A DNA stretch of 64,000 nt from contig CM052817.1 in assembly GCA_028534125.1 (NCBI GenBank), positions 58,468,001 through 58,532,000 of the forward strand. The letters are read 5' to 3'. Source of the DNA: Lama glama. Its lineage: Eukaryota. The notes under the pieces are model-generated. The model worked only from the letters and a program-made list of their open reading frames with translations. It was not told the DNA's origin and made no database searches. The translations under genes and the position numbers were made by a program. How positions within the stretch are numbered: position 1 is the stretch's first letter; each line of letters begins with the position of its first letter. Shown one piece after another: positions 1 to 13,977 of the stretch.

Positions 1-23
1 CACACACACACACACACACACAC
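1..23. repeat. (CA)n microsatellite, truncated by window edge
   Basis: Directly visible. Confidence 0.95.
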
Positions 24-199
24 GATTGTGCCACTGAATATTGTAAATGATATCACCCGTGTAGTAAATAGATTCTTTCTGAAGCTGAACTACCTCAGGG
101 AAGTTCCAGGTTCTCCTGCTTGCTGTGTGACCTCAGGAAAATTATTTAATCCTCTTGTACCTTGGTTTCCTCCTGTGTAAAATGTGAACTGTTGTCAAC

Positions 200-545
200 C
201 AGAGAAGCTCACCAAAACCTGGGTGTCCACAGTTTTTATTGCAGAAAAAACAGATACTTAAGCATGCAGGACCTGTGTGACCAACCTCAGCTATTTAGCT
301 CCCAGCCCTGCCCGCCTAGAGCAATAAGGAGTATTCACTGTAAATCACATCATTAGCTTAAAAATCTGATCAGACTGCAGCCCAAAGCCTCAGGCATACA
401 AAAACACTCTTATCAGGCAGAATATTCTTAAGACTCAGAACTTATCTCCCAGGAGCTGGCCAGAGGCCAGTCCTGAAGACATGCCTTTTTTGGGAATATA
501 CAAGGTTTGAACAACACAGACCTGCTGAGTTAACACTTTACTTCA
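200..545 (-). mobile_element. MER21-like LTR fragment
   Basis: gaagctcacc...ggtgtccacagtttttatt; acactcttatcaggcagaatatt...ctcccaggagctgg...cctgctgagttaa resemble MER21C as recalled. Confidence 0.65.
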
Positions 546-997
546 AGAGGCCCCTGAATAAATACCTGCAACCCTTCATGTTGCAAATTATATCAAAAAT
601 AGTCAACAGCAAAGGCACAGATATTTGCTACAAACTATTTAAATTTCTATTACTACATGTAACACATTTTAGCTCCTATTAGTGAATACTGTCCCAGTAT
701 ATTCTTTCACTTGAAAATGTGTTTGATTTTTAAAAAGAAACTAAGATTTAAAACAACGTATCTTGCTCAACAGTTATGAGCACATGTAAAAGAGGAATTG
801 TAATTTTTACTCAAGGGAAAAAAAAAAACTTAGAAGGTCAATTCAACACTTCATTTAGTTAAGAGCATTAATATGAAAATAGAATGATGAGGGAGGTAAT
901 TGCTATGAGACAGTAAGGAGAGAGGACCTGGTTCAGATCTGTTTGGCTAGGTTCTATTTGATGAAAGTTTCATACCATGTTAAGAAGGAAAAAGATG

Positions 998-999
<2 letters not shown>

Positions 1000-1030
<31 letters not shown>
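1000..1030. repeat. (TG)15 microsatellite
   Basis: Directly visible. Confidence 0.97.
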
Positions 1031-1033
<3 letters not shown>

Positions 1034-2971
1034 TACATATATTGTGTGGTTATATATAATTAGTACCTAACATGTCAAGAATTATTTTGTGGGAAATTCC
1101 TTTAGTGGAAGTAATTTAGGTTTTGATAACAGAAAATATGGGTCCCCTGTGAGCCTCCTGCTTTCTGTGTGACCTTGATCAAAATATTTACCTCCTCTTT
1201 GACCAAAGCATTTTATGCTTCACTTTCCTTATCTGTAAATTGAATTGCATTTAGGTGAGGAAGTTCTGTTTGGGTAGAGGAAGGCATGTCCTAGCTTGGC
1301 TCTAAGCTGTGTTTAATACTGGAATTTAGAAGTGCCTTGGCACATCTGCCTGGCCTGACAAGTGGGCAGCTTGGGCCTGCCAGAAGTACATTTGCATGGG
1401 AGTGAATAGATCTTCTGCAGGAAAACCCCTTGTAAACCTAGACAGAGTTAGATTAAAAAAGCTTCCTATTAATGCAAAACCTTGGTGTTCAGGAGGAATT
1501 TCATGGTAGAAGAGGCAGAGATTGACGTGTATGGTGGTCCTTTGGCAGTATCTGACAGGGTGGATATTATCAGATGCAGAATGGCTGACCAGTTTCATAA
1601 GCTGAGTAGTTTTTCTTTTTTTGTCTGTATATGGGGATTCCAGAGATTCCTTGAAAACACTGCAGAAGGAGGAAGTTACTGAACCTGGAATGTTGGTGAC
1701 ACAAGAGTTGGTAAAATATGTGTTATATGGAAATAAAACTACTACTCCACATGATTGGTATAAAAATCAATTAGATAATTGTAAAAACACTTTATGAAAC
1801 ATCAAATGCTAAGTAATGTCAAGTGACCATTATTTATCATTAGGTTAATACCAACGTACAAGTGAACCCAGCTTCTAGAGAAGAATTTTTCTGTTAGCTA
1901 AGTCCAGTGAACTTGTTCACTGACAGGATTTTCTCTCTTTCTGTTCTCTTAGCTATGGACAATCTGATCAAATAACTGTAATTCAAATTTGGCAGCAGTC
2001 TGTAGGAGACATGCATATTTAAAGCTCTTTCAGATATTATTATGTTGATGGTAATGTTCACACTTTTAGACTTCAAGAGTGAAGTAGAAAATTGGCTCAG
2101 TTATCTGGTTAACTCATGTTTGAAAAAATTGCAACTTTTTGCATAGTCTATGAAAAAGTTGACTAGTATTACAAATTCACTACTTTTAACTGTTGAGAAA
2201 TTACTTAGCTTGATATGCTAATCAGTAATCTTCTGAAGAATTAGCATTAGTAGCATTTTCAGTTCTCAAATACATTATTTTCTCTAGACTGAATTTACTT
2301 TCCATTTTGGTTAGTAGATCATATTTCCCTTTTCTGTAACTCTCATTAGCTCTTTCTACTACACCTCTATTCAGTCAATATTTTTTGAGTCAGTTCATTA
2401 TATTACTTTCTTCTACAGTTTTTAGATTTGCAAATACATTATTTGGACTGATGTGTACTTCTGTGAATTCTGTATATGTTCAAAAAATGCTTTTTCATAT
2501 CTTAAAAAAACCCAAAAAACTCTGTTATGTGTGCAAAAAATTAACCCATATCTTACTGATGACTGAACTTTTAGGTAATTTTTTACAGAGGAATATCCTG
2601 AGTATTGATTATCAGCCAAGCTTGTCTCTGTCTCAAAGATCACAATTCTCAAATGAGAATGCCTTTTTATGCAATTTTCTAGCACATCTGTTTTTAATTT
2701 CAGGTAAATACAAGAGGTTAAAAAATCAACCATGGATAAAAATATTCAAGGAAAAATCAAATTTCCTTATTCAGGCATCAAAGGCGAGTCTTATAAACGT
2801 TAAATAAAAATGTTTTACGAATAAAATGTAACTGATGTTCTCTTAGGAATGCGGAGCAATTTACTTTTTACTGGAACATATTTTTTCCATCATTAGTGTC
2901 CAATAATATAAAACATATAATTTAAAAGAAAAAACTATCAAGACTATAATTATGCCAGTTAAGCCAGATAT

Positions 2972-3615
2972 CACGGTGGCATGCAGAATTATAAGGTAGT
3001 CTTTAAGATTCCCACCTGCTGGTGTATATGTCCTACGAAATCCGCTAAAACAATAAATATGATGCCTTTCACTCCCATGATTAGGTTAAGTGATAAGGCC
3101 AAAAGGGTTTTTGCGTATATAATTAATGTCCCAAATCATTGACCCTAAAGTAGGGCGATTATCCAGATTTGCTTGATCTGATCTTTTGAGACTTTTAAAT
3201 TTGGGTCTAGAGGTGAGAGAAGGTGAGGTGAGAGATTCTGAGAATGAGAAAAATTTGACATGCCTTTGGTGAGTTGAAGAGGGGCCTTAAGGCAGAGAAT
3301 GAGGAAAACCTTAGTAGCCAGTTTCCTGTGAGAGCTAGCAAGGACATGAGGAGTTCAGTTACTTCAACCCCAAGGAACTTAACTCTCCCAACACAATGAG
3401 CTTGTCAATGCTTGGGAGTAAATTTTTTTCCCAGAAACTCCAGAAGAGAACCCAGCCCATGGACAGTTCAGTATTAGTTTTGTGATATGCTGTGCAGAAC
3501 CCAACCACTGTATGGCAGATTTCTGAGCAAAGAAACTGTTAGCTAAAAAAATGGACACTGTTTTAAAGCACTGAATTTGTGGTAACTTGTTTTGCAGCCA
3601 TAGAAAGCAAATATG
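2972..3615 (+). mobile_element. MaLR solo LTR (MLT1E/F-like)
   Basis: Start gtggcatgcagaattataagg...aagattcccacc; end ttttaaagcactgaatttgtggtaacttgttttgcagccatagaaagcaaata, a typical MLT1 terminus. Confidence 0.8.
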
Positions 3616-5007
3616 TTTATTGTAAATTCAACCGAGGAAATATGCCATGATCCATGGTATTTAATAACAGATTTTAATATAAAAACTAAAAATGATCTAG
3701 TTAAGTGGAACTGTGCTCAAAACTATATATTTTAAGCTTTTTTAAAAATATAAACTGTAAAATAGATTATAAACAGATTCTTTAAGACAAAATCCTCAAA
3801 GTACAGTAAAACTATCAATAACTCATTCAACATTGTGATTGAACCGTGATTAATTTACAAATTGATTATTAAATACAGACTGCCTTGATATAGAAAACAA
3901 AACAGCCAAAATGACAAGAAAGACTTTTAAAACATGTTTCTTTAATTGCTCACATGAAAGCAACTGTGTCAGCATAATCTAAAATGCTTTTTTATTCTTT
4001 TAAACTTGATTAATTAATGTTATATTAAGAGTTACCATAAGCAACTGTATTACTTGAATTTAAAAACATACATATCATCATATATTTTCAATATATTGTT
4101 CCTTTAGTGAATGACTTTTCTTCCATTTTGTACTGACTAATAAAACATAGACATATGTCAAAAATAGCCATTGAAGTAACACAGGTATTTGACTAATAAT
4201 GTTAATGACAAAGCCATGGTTTATCTGGCCTATTTCTATATTTATACATATCCCTGTAGCAGACTAATTCTAACTGAACTTCTTATTATTAGTATTAATG
4301 ATGAAATAACTGTCATGTATTTAGGGTCCACTATGTGTCAGATGCTTTGCTAAATACATTATCTCATTTAAATCTCACGAAAATATCATGAGATTTATTA
4401 TTTTCTTTTATTATCTCATTTTTCAAAAGAAAAAAAAAACTCATTAAGAGTGATGTCCATTTAGATGTTCCAATGCATCTTAAATTTAACTTTCCAGAAG
4501 ATAAAATATTGGCAAAGAATGATTTTTAATACAGTTCTATTCCACTTTGCTAAGGTATAATTTTTAAAAAGTTGAAAAACTTGACCTTCATATAAATACA
4601 AATGAACAAAAAAATGGTTTTATTCAACTAATTAATGGATGAGATAATTAGAAGATGCTAACATTGGTTTAAAGGAGAATTTGAAAAAATAGATTTGTAT
4701 AGTTAATCAGGGAATACTGAAATAAATTTTCTAATAGGTACAAAATTATTTAATATCTTATAGTGTTATCTATACTGTTTGGGATTATTTTTCCTACCAG
4801 ACAGAAATTAATCACATCTGTAATGGACAGCATTCATTTAGATTATAATGGACAGGAATAATTTCCATTGCTTTTAGACAAGAATCATTTACATTGTGAA
4901 CAGTTTTCTACAAATTAACCTCACAATTTGTTTACCTGTAAATTTTGTGGAGTCAGGATCCTTTCCTGAAACCTTTTCAAGAACCTTATCAACACTGCTA
5001 GTACAGT

Positions 5008-5499
5008 GCTGTCATAGGCATAATGGGCCCCCAGGAATGTCTACACCCTAATTCCCATAACCTGTGATGCTGTTACCATACATGGTGAAAGGGACTTTGT
5101 GGATGTGATTAAGTTAGGGATCTTGAGATGGGGAGATTGTCCTGGGTTACCTGGTTGGATTCAGTGCAAACACAGGAGTTCTTAAAAGTGGAATGGGGAG
5201 GCAGAGTCAGTGCCAGAATGAAGCCATGTGGAGAGGATTCACCCCTCCATTGCTAGCTTTGAAAATAGAAAGGAGGCCATGAACTGAGGAACACAGGTGG
5301 CTTTAAGAAGCCGAGAAAGGCACGGAGAGGGCTTCTCCCCTATAGCCACCAAAAAGGAACACAGCCCTGCCAACATCTTGATTTTAACCCAGAGAGACCC
5401 ATGTCAGACTTCAGACCTACTATAAAATAATATGTTTGTATAAGTTTAAGCCACTAAGTTTGTGGTAATTTGTTAGTAGCAGCCATAGAAAACTAACAC
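5008..5499 (+). mobile_element. MaLR solo LTR (MLT1D-like)
   Basis: aataatgggcccccaggaatgtctacaccctaattccc...gggactttgtggatgtgattaagtt...tttaagccactaagtttgtggtaatttgtt...gcagccatagaaaactaacaca. Confidence 0.88.
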
Positions 5500-6887
5500 A
5501 AATATCTAACAGAGTACATGCTCGATAAGTACCTGTTGAAAGATAAATTATTTAATGATTGAACAAATGTAAATTGTTCAGGACATGTAGCTAATAAGTA
5601 GGGAATCCTGGGTCAAGTCTTCTCTACCTGTCCCCATAACCTGTGCTTTTACTAAGCTCCTCTTTTCTAATGCAGTCACAATAATATCCTTTTCATTATT
5701 TCCTGAGACTGTTTTTTCCTGAAGAATAACATATACAATTAGTAGAAAACCGTAGATTCTCGAGCACTCATTCTAATAAGCAAATGACTTATAGTCAGTA
5801 TTACTGTTAATTGTTTATTTTTATAAAATTTAAAAATTAATTAGTATTTGGAATCTTTTGTAATTACAGGTTTTCTTTTTAGTACTACAAAGGGAAACCT
5901 AATGATGCTGAGATTGAGACTATTGTTATACCATATTGCATCTATTTTCTGTATTTCCATAAATATGTTTTAATTATTCCGTCAGAAAACTCTATGTTTT
6001 CAAATTTTGAAATAGAATTCCAAAACTGAAAACACAGTTGTTAAAGACCCATTCTCTCAATAATTTTCTACTTTAAGAAGTTTTTTTTTTTTCAATTTGA
6101 CACCTTTCAACATGGGACAACATAGTAAAAATTTTTAAGAAAATTGTAAAAGTTACACATATTTTTCATTGCCTTGCAATGAAACTGTGCTCTAGAATTT
6201 TATATTCAAATGTAAAGATGTTTTAAAATATCACAATTTCAAGCTAGGGAGTAGTTAAAAAAACTCTCTTCGTTTCACTGCATAAAATTTTTAAGTTTTA
6301 AGTTGTTTTAGAATATATATGTTAATATTAACCAACTAAATAGTAAAAAAAAAAAGGTATGATTGACAAAAAATCAGTAGACATTTTTATAAATAAGAAA
6401 AACTACAGTTTGGATTTTTAAATTCATTACTGCTTAGGACCTGTGAATACCAATTCTAGCAATCTCAAGGCAAGAAATCGTGATGCATATTGAAAATCAT
6501 GACTTTGCAGATTGAACTGTATTGTTAAGAGCTAATATATACACCAAATCACATTGATTTTTTTTTCTTTTTCTTCCCCTAGGGTCTAAGTTCTTTAAAA
6601 GAAAGATGCACACCTTATTCCTTGTTCTCTGGCTGATACATAGTACATATTGAATATTTGTGAAATAGATGAATAATATAGTACATGAAAAGGGAAATCT
6701 GCTAATTCTGCTATTTATAGTAGAGTAAAGTTTTAGTAATCATTCTGAATAAATTAAATCAACTGGATATTTAGACCCTCACTTTTGCGTATAGTCTACC
6801 TCTTCTAAAAAAATTAAGATTAAGAAAGGATAAGCATACCTGATAGCACTTACACAATATATTCTTTTTTTTTTCAGGTTAATTTTT

Positions 6888-6940
6888 TTGGTTTTTATTA
6901 AAGTATAGTCAGTTTACAATGTTGTGTCAATTTCTTTTTT
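6888..6940 (-). mobile_element. Ultra-short 5'-truncated L1 3' end with TSD
   Basis: ttttattaaagtatagtcagtttacaatgttgtgtcaatttct is the reverse complement of the L1 terminus seen at 49735-49985 and 62362-62610; flanked by aggttaattttt at 6876-6887 and 6941-6952. Confidence 0.8.
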
Positions 6941-8333
6941 AGGTTAATTTTTCTTTTTAATTTTACACAATTAACTCTTTAATTATTCTGTATAACTTTT
7001 AGGTAGGTAGAGGGATAGAGGTAGAGATATATGTAGACATAAAGAAAATATTCATAAAGAAATAAGATGATGCTTTTCTGATTTTGTATTAATAGTCAAA
7101 CTCACAATGTGATGCTAGAGTCAACTGGACATACTGTATGACTCTAAATAAGTAAGAAGTGCCTGGTCTGTAAATAAGCAGAATCTGTATCATGCTTTTC
7201 TAACATTGTGGAAATGAAACATAGTCCCTACCCATGAAGTAAATTATGATCTAGGAAGGACTGGTGCAATAAGGCAAATATACTAGTAACTAAGATACTA
7301 AAAAGAAAAAAAAAGTGTGCTAAAGAATAATGAATGCACAGAGCTATGAGGGTCAATGGGAGACATTATTAAGTTCGGTAGAATAGGAAAGCATTTATTA
7401 AAATTAGAATAGGTAGAACAGGAGTCAGAGTGGGAGTGAAGTTTGAAAGATTTGTTGAGTAAGGTTGAATAAATGATGGTGTTAGAGAGAATAATCCTAG
7501 TATAGTAGTACTATACCTCCAGAAAATGACTTAGTTTTTGAATTGTCTGCCTTTCTGTACAGGTTTTATGTAAAGGCAAAGAAAATATTGTCACCTCAAG
7601 CAGTCATTTTAACAGCTAGATTTTTTATAGTGTCAATACAGAAGTAAGCTTAAACATTAAATTTTTAAAAGTTATAACACAGTTGGTGCTTGTTCTATAC
7701 TTTAAATCAGTATATATAAAGATTTAAAATATAAGTAAACTAGAAGTAAGGAACACTTCAAATTTGAAAATGATGGTACATACTTGAAATATTTATACTT
7801 TAATAGTTAAAGCAACTCAGGCAAGTTTGAGTACATTTGTAAAATTTTTCTAAGTACTAGAAGGAATTCAAGATCAACTTAATATTTTAAATCTTTTATA
7901 TTAATTGTCCTTGGAAGATATGTAGTTTTAGTTTGTGCTTGTCAGACATAATTGAAATAATTTCACCAAGGAATAAAATAAATATAAACATATGTTGGCT
8001 TTAAAAATGTGAACATGATCATGAAATCAAGTCCTTTCTTGATTCTGATCTTAATTAGTAATCTAAAATATTATAACGTGACAGACCATTGTACTTCAGT
8101 TTTCGATATTAATATTGTACATTTTCTTTGTGCCCCACCAGACTTCAGTGTTCTCTTTTTGAATTGAAACATCAATTTTATAAAAATTAAGGAATAATAA
8201 TAGGGAGCCCAATATTATTACTTCCTCAGACTATATTGGACAGAGCATTTTTCCATGGGGGGGGGTGGTGGTTGTAGTGGAACAGAATTTATGTAGAAAG
8301 GGAGGAAAACCTAAGCAGTCATATATGTAGGCT

Positions 8334-8515
8334 AGTGCTGCACAAACTTTAGTGTCTCCATATCACCTGGAGAGTTTGGTAAAGTACTGGTTTATTCTTG
8401 GACTCGATTATCAGGGGTTCTGAGTCAATATGTGGGGTCTGAGCATTTGCATTTCTAATATACTCTCAGGTGGTGCTAATCCTTATGGTCTGTAGAGCAC
8501 CCTTTAAATAGCACT
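8334..8515. mobile_element. MER5A-like hAT-Charlie MITE
   Basis: agtgctgcacaaactttagtgt...atcacctggagag...tttgcatttctaata...ctcaggtggtgct...tttaaatagcact, with inverted ends agtgct/agcact. Confidence 0.75.
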
Positions 8516-9809
8516 TATATAGACCCAAATTAGAAAACAAAAATTCTTTCCATTTTAAAATCAAGTTACAAGAATTTTAAAAGAGCAAGTTAAAATATGC
8601 ACACTAAAAATAAAAACAAATTTAGAAATCAAAATTAAAAAGTCAAAAGCAAATTAAAATATATTTATAAGCATTATGTTAAGTGTATATAGTAGGGAAT
8701 TTTTTCTTTATTCAATTGAGAAAGTTATTGAATGTTTTTCAAAGCTTATTCGTATCTAATTTCATTATGATGAATTAAATATAAAGGATATAGATGTTAT
8801 ATGTTACTGAGTTAAAGTATAGGACAAGCACTAACTGTGATACACTTTCTAAAAATTTAGTGTTTAAACTTATCTCTGTATTGACAATATATAGTGATAA
8901 AACACATTCTGAGCTTGAGTTTACTTGATTTTTCCTAGGAGAATTTAAAGTGTCAGTTCAATAAACTAGCTTAGGTATTGAGTTTACTGCTTTAGATGTT
9001 CCTGGTGACAGTCAGGTACAATCAATATGAAGAAGTAAGGAATTCAGTGCTCCTGTTACTGATAAATGCAAGAGTATATCCCCATAGAAATAGTTGCTAA
9101 ACCAGTTATTTTTCATTACAAATAGAGACTTGAAAGCATAAATAGTAATTTATATGCCAGATTAGATAATTAAAATCTATCATAAGATTATTTTAAAAAA
9201 AGTAACAATTTTAGAAAAGACCGTGATTTTAAGAAATGTGAAGGATATTGAAGTAGGAGAATTCGTGATAAATGATAGCCTGAAATATTGAATACTGGAC
9301 CTCAGATATTATCAAGAAAAGACAACAGAAAGGATAAATAATTTGCTACAAGGGATTTAAAATTTATAGTTAAAATGTTTCGGTGTTTTTATGACTTATT
9401 TTTAATAATTCTCATTCACATGACTAGTTAGTACTGATCTGAAAGTTCAGTTTCTTAAGTTTTCAGTTTCACACACAGGAGTTTTACAAAATGTAATGTC
9501 TGTTTCTATAGAAATGTAAATTCTGTTCATTGGTTTACTTAACAAATAAGCCCATGGACTTTTGTAAAGTTGAAATCAAGAGTCACAGTGCTTTAAATAA
9601 GCTGTAGAAGTAAAATGTCCTGTGATATGAAAATCAGATATCAACTTTAAAAAATTAAAAGCTTATGTAATCTGTTTGATTCATGCCTCTTTGATTATTC
9701 TAGAGTTGAGTGAATGGTATTATAACTTCTGTACTGAATTTGTGCTATTCTGTAATTACATTCATCATGTATTTTGTGTTACTAGAAGCTACATGTTAGT
9801 TTTTATTTA

Positions 9810-12800
9810 TGCAGTTTTATTAGGTTATAACTAGCTTACAATACACTGCATGTACTTAAAATATAGAGTTTATTAAATTTTGAATCAGTTATACATCCAT
9901 GAAACCATTACCAAGATCAAGATAGTGAACATAGCCTTCACCTCCGAGAATTGTCTTTTGCCTCTGTGTAATACCTCCTTCTAGTCCCTCCTCCCAAAGC
10001 TCCAAGCAACAATAGATTATGCTTTCTGTCATTATTATTTCCTAGAATTTTGTATAAATGGAAACATACAATATGTACTACAGTATGCACTTCTGACTTC
10101 TTTGACTCAACATAATTATTTTGATATTCATCTGTGCTGCAGTGTGTATCAATAGTCCATTCATTTTAATTGTTGAGTAGTATCTGATTGGAAAAATACC
10201 AAGACTAGAATCATATTGTATGGACCGGTTTAAATATTTAAGAAGCTATGAAGCTGTTTTATAAAGTAGTTGTAACAGGTTACATTCCCACTAGTGGTAT
10301 ATGAGATTTCCTAGGAAACATTTGATAGAGTCAGTTTTTAATTTTAGCCTCTCCAATTAGTGTGTATTTCTTTGTGGTTTTAATTTTGCATTTTTCCCTC
10401 TGTTGAACATCTTTTTCTGAGCTTATTTGCCACTTGTATATCTTCTTCGGTGGAGTATTCGTTTAAATATTTTTCCCATTTTCAAAAAAATTTTATTGTT
10501 TTTTATGTATTCAAGATACATGTCATTTATCAGATACGTAAGATTTTCTATTAGTGCAAAGATTTTCTTCCACATTATGGATTATCTTTTCATAATCTGA
10601 ACTGTGTCTTTTGAAGACAGAAAGTTTTTAATTTTTATAAAGTCCAATTAATCAATTTATTCTCTGGATTGATATTAAAATTTTGTTGCAGTGTCTAAGA
10701 AATATTTCCCTGGCCCAGTGCCACAATGGTTTTCTCTTTGATGTTTTACAGGTTTAGGCCTTAGTTATATCTCTGAATATTTGTAGACTAATTTTTGTAT
10801 GAATGAACGAGCTATGGCATGAATTCCATTTTTTTATTGTTGTTGTTGTATGGATATCTGATTTTTCCACAACCATCTGTTTGAAAAACTGTCTTTTATT
10901 CAATAAATTGTCTCTGTACTTTTGTCAAAAATTAGTTATTCTTATATATGTGGATCTATTTATGGACTTTGTATTCTGTTCCATAGATTTATTTGCCTAA
11001 ATTTATGCCCATAACACACTATCCTGGTTATTGTAGCTTAATAATAAGTCTTGAAATCAAGTAGCATTTGTCCTTCAAATATGTGATTTCTTTTAAGTCA
11101 TTTTGGCTGTTTGACGCTTTTTAAGTTCCTTTTGAATTTTAGAATCAATTAGTCAATTTCCACCAAAAAACTCAGCTGGGATTTCGATTGAGAGTACATT
11201 TAATTATAGATGAATTTGGTAAGAATTGTTATTTTTACAATATAAAGTCTTTCTATTTATGAACATATAGTATATATATCTGTTTAGGTCTTATTTATCT
11301 AAGCAATGTTTTGTGGTTTTCAGTATACAAGTCTTGCATAGTTTTGTCAGATTTATCCTTTAGTGTTTCCTATGTTTGATGCTATTGTAAGTGGAATTAT
11401 TTTATTTCATGCTTTAATTGTTTGTTACCAAAATATAGAACATAATTGATTTTTATATATTGATCTTATATACTGTAACTTTGCTAACTTTATTAGTTTT
11501 AATAATTTCAGATCTTCTAACACAATTATGTCATATGTAAATAAAGAACAGTTGTATTTCTTCCTTTCCAATCTCTATGCCTTTCATATTTTATTCTTGC
11601 TTAATTGCATAGGCCAGAAACTGCAGTAAAATAATGAACAGTAGTGGTAAGAGCGGATACCTGTTTGTTCCTAATCTTTATAGAAATGCTTTCAGAGTTT
11701 CACAGTTAAGTATGATGTTACCTGTGTATTTTTCATAGATACCCTTTTTCAGGTTGTGAAGTTCCTTTATGCTACTGGTTTTCTGAGAGTTTTTGTCAGA
11801 AATGGATGTTGGAATATGACAAATGCATTTTCTTCCTTCCTCTCTGTCTTTCTCTGTCTCTGTCTCTCTGTTTCTCTTTACCATCTCCCAACACTGGCTA
11901 AAGGTTTATCAATTTTATTAATCCTCTCAGAGCCAATTTTTGGTTATATTGAATTTCTCTACTTGTTGTCTTCTATGTATTATATATTTTATTCTTATCT
12001 ACATTATTTTTTTCTTTTACTTACATAGGGCTTTATTTTCTTTTTCCAGTAGTACAAGATGAAAGCTAGATGTGTTTATTTGAGAAATAAATTTTTCTTT
12101 TTTTTCCTCTTACATACAATTGTTTAGTGCTCTGAATTTCCTCCTAAGTATTGCTTTTTCAACATCCAACAAATTTTTGTATGTTGGATTTTTATTTTCA
12201 TTCAGTTAAAAATTCATTTTTGATTTCTTGTTGAGTAATTTTAAACTATGTTATTTATTTTCTCAACATTTCAATATTTCCTGTTACCAATTTCTGTTTT
12301 AATTTATTTCGGTCAGAGAACATACTTTGTATAAATTGAATTCCTTTATATTTATTAATTTTTGTTTTATAGTTCTAAATGTGGTCTCTGTTGGTAAATT
12401 TTGTGTGTATGTGAACTTGAAAAGAATGTGTATTGTGCTGTTATTGAATGGAGCAGTCTATAAATTTCAAGTGGGTCAAATTGGTTGATTGTGTTGTTCC
12501 ACTCTTCTACATTCTTATTGAATTTATGTCTACTTTTCCTATTAGTATTGAGAGAGGGGTACTGAAATCTCTGACTAAAATTATGGATTTTCATTCTGTC
12601 AGGTTTTACTTTGTGTATTTTGAAATTCTGTTATTAGGTGCTAAAACATTTACAAATTTTCTGTCCTCTTGAACTAATGAACCTTAGTTTAAAACCAAAA
12701 TTCATTTGAGTAAATTTTAAAGGTCTTATTGGCTTTATTCAGCAATTCAGGATTTGAGCAGCATCCCCTCTAGCAGATAGAAAGAAGCCCCAGGGAGCTA

Positions 12801-13340
12801 TACAAAAGACTTTTATAGGCAGAAGGGAAGAGGAACAAAGGAGTTATACTATCAAAAAGTGGATTGGTTGTGGCAAGAACACTTTCCTTTAGGGGATGGC
12901 AGGGGCCTACTAGTCAGATACTTCACCAGTGCTGACCAGGTGATTCCTGATGGACTGGTTTAAGATTCCATTTCTGGGAGAGGCTCAATCAACAGCAATT
13001 AAGTCTCCATTTGGTGATGTGGGGCGTAGTGTAAGTGACTCCATTTTGGACCTGTTGTCTTGTTTTTAACACCTCTTTATCAATGTGAAATAACCTTGTT
13101 TATACATGGTAATATTTTTGCTCTGAAATCTATTCTGGCTAGTATTAATATAGCCTTTTCTGCTTTCTTTTGATTAGTGTTTGCATGGTATATAGTCTTA
13201 CATTATTTTATTTTTGATCTATATACACCTTTATATTTGAATTAATGGTTTTAGACATTATATACAACAAATTATTTTTGTATATATTGTATTGTCTTGT
13301 AGCTTTATCTATTTTGACAATATTTGTGTTTTAAAACTGG
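9810..13340 (-). mobile_element. Old L1M (L1MA/MB-type) 3' UTR plus degraded ORF2, antisense to CCSER1, interrupted by an LTR at 12686-13071
   Basis: T-rich L1 antisense motifs over about 3 kb; minus-strand ORF fragments read like ORF2 (GIYEKYTGNIILNCETLKAF; NNTINQFDPLEIYRLLHSITAQYTFFSSSH). Confidence 0.88.
12686..13071 (-). mobile_element. ERV1-class solo LTR nested in the old L1
   Basis: Minus strand begins tgttaaaaacaagacaacaggtccaaaatggagtcact; minus-strand AATAAA (ctttatt near 12735); 4-bp TSD-like cctt/cctc; L1 sequence resumes on both sides. Confidence 0.8.
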
Positions 13341-13977
13341 GCTATCTCAGCTACCCAATTTCCATCTTAGTAGATCAATCTTAGTAATTTCATTCATGCA
13401 AGGTATTTTATTCTACTGATAAGTAGCCGAGCAGTTTCAAAGCAGCAAACAACTGCTAGGGCAGCTTGTTGTATTTTGTGGATTTAGTCCATAAGGAAAC
13501 AATGAGCCTAAGTGAATTTAGACAGGTAGTTACTTGTGGCACAGCAAACAACATGATATTCCTGTTTGCATCAGCTCCTCTGTGCCTGACTCTCCCTCTC
13601 CTTCACCCCCCAAGTCCCATGGAGGCAATAAGGAAAGAGTCCAAGTGAATAATGTACACATAGAGATTTTTGTCACAGAGAAGGAAACTTATAAGGAAAC
13701 TGCTAACAAACTGGTCCAAGCTTTTCCCCGCAGGGAAATACTATCTTTATTACCCAGGTCAGGAATCAAATATGCCCTTTCTTCTGGAAGGAGGCACTTG
13801 CTTTGTCACTCTCGAATGCCTCTGGGGAGAAGAGACTCTAGTTTTATTACCCTGGAATGTAAGCAAAGCTGTTCCCTGCCCTGGAGCAGTTTTGCAAACA
13901 TTCTTGCATAAAGTTGTCAATGCCCTTTGTTCAGAGGTTATGCAGAAATGGCAGACTCACTGAGAATTACCTCCCAA

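Noticed and set aside
1240..1712. Possible LTR or pseudogene fragment
   Set aside because: GC-richer than its flanks, but I could not match a family or protein, so it is not called.
2385..2807. Overlapping 140-aa and 103-aa ORFs
   Set aside because: AT-rich, low-complexity translations with no recognisable homology or exon structure.
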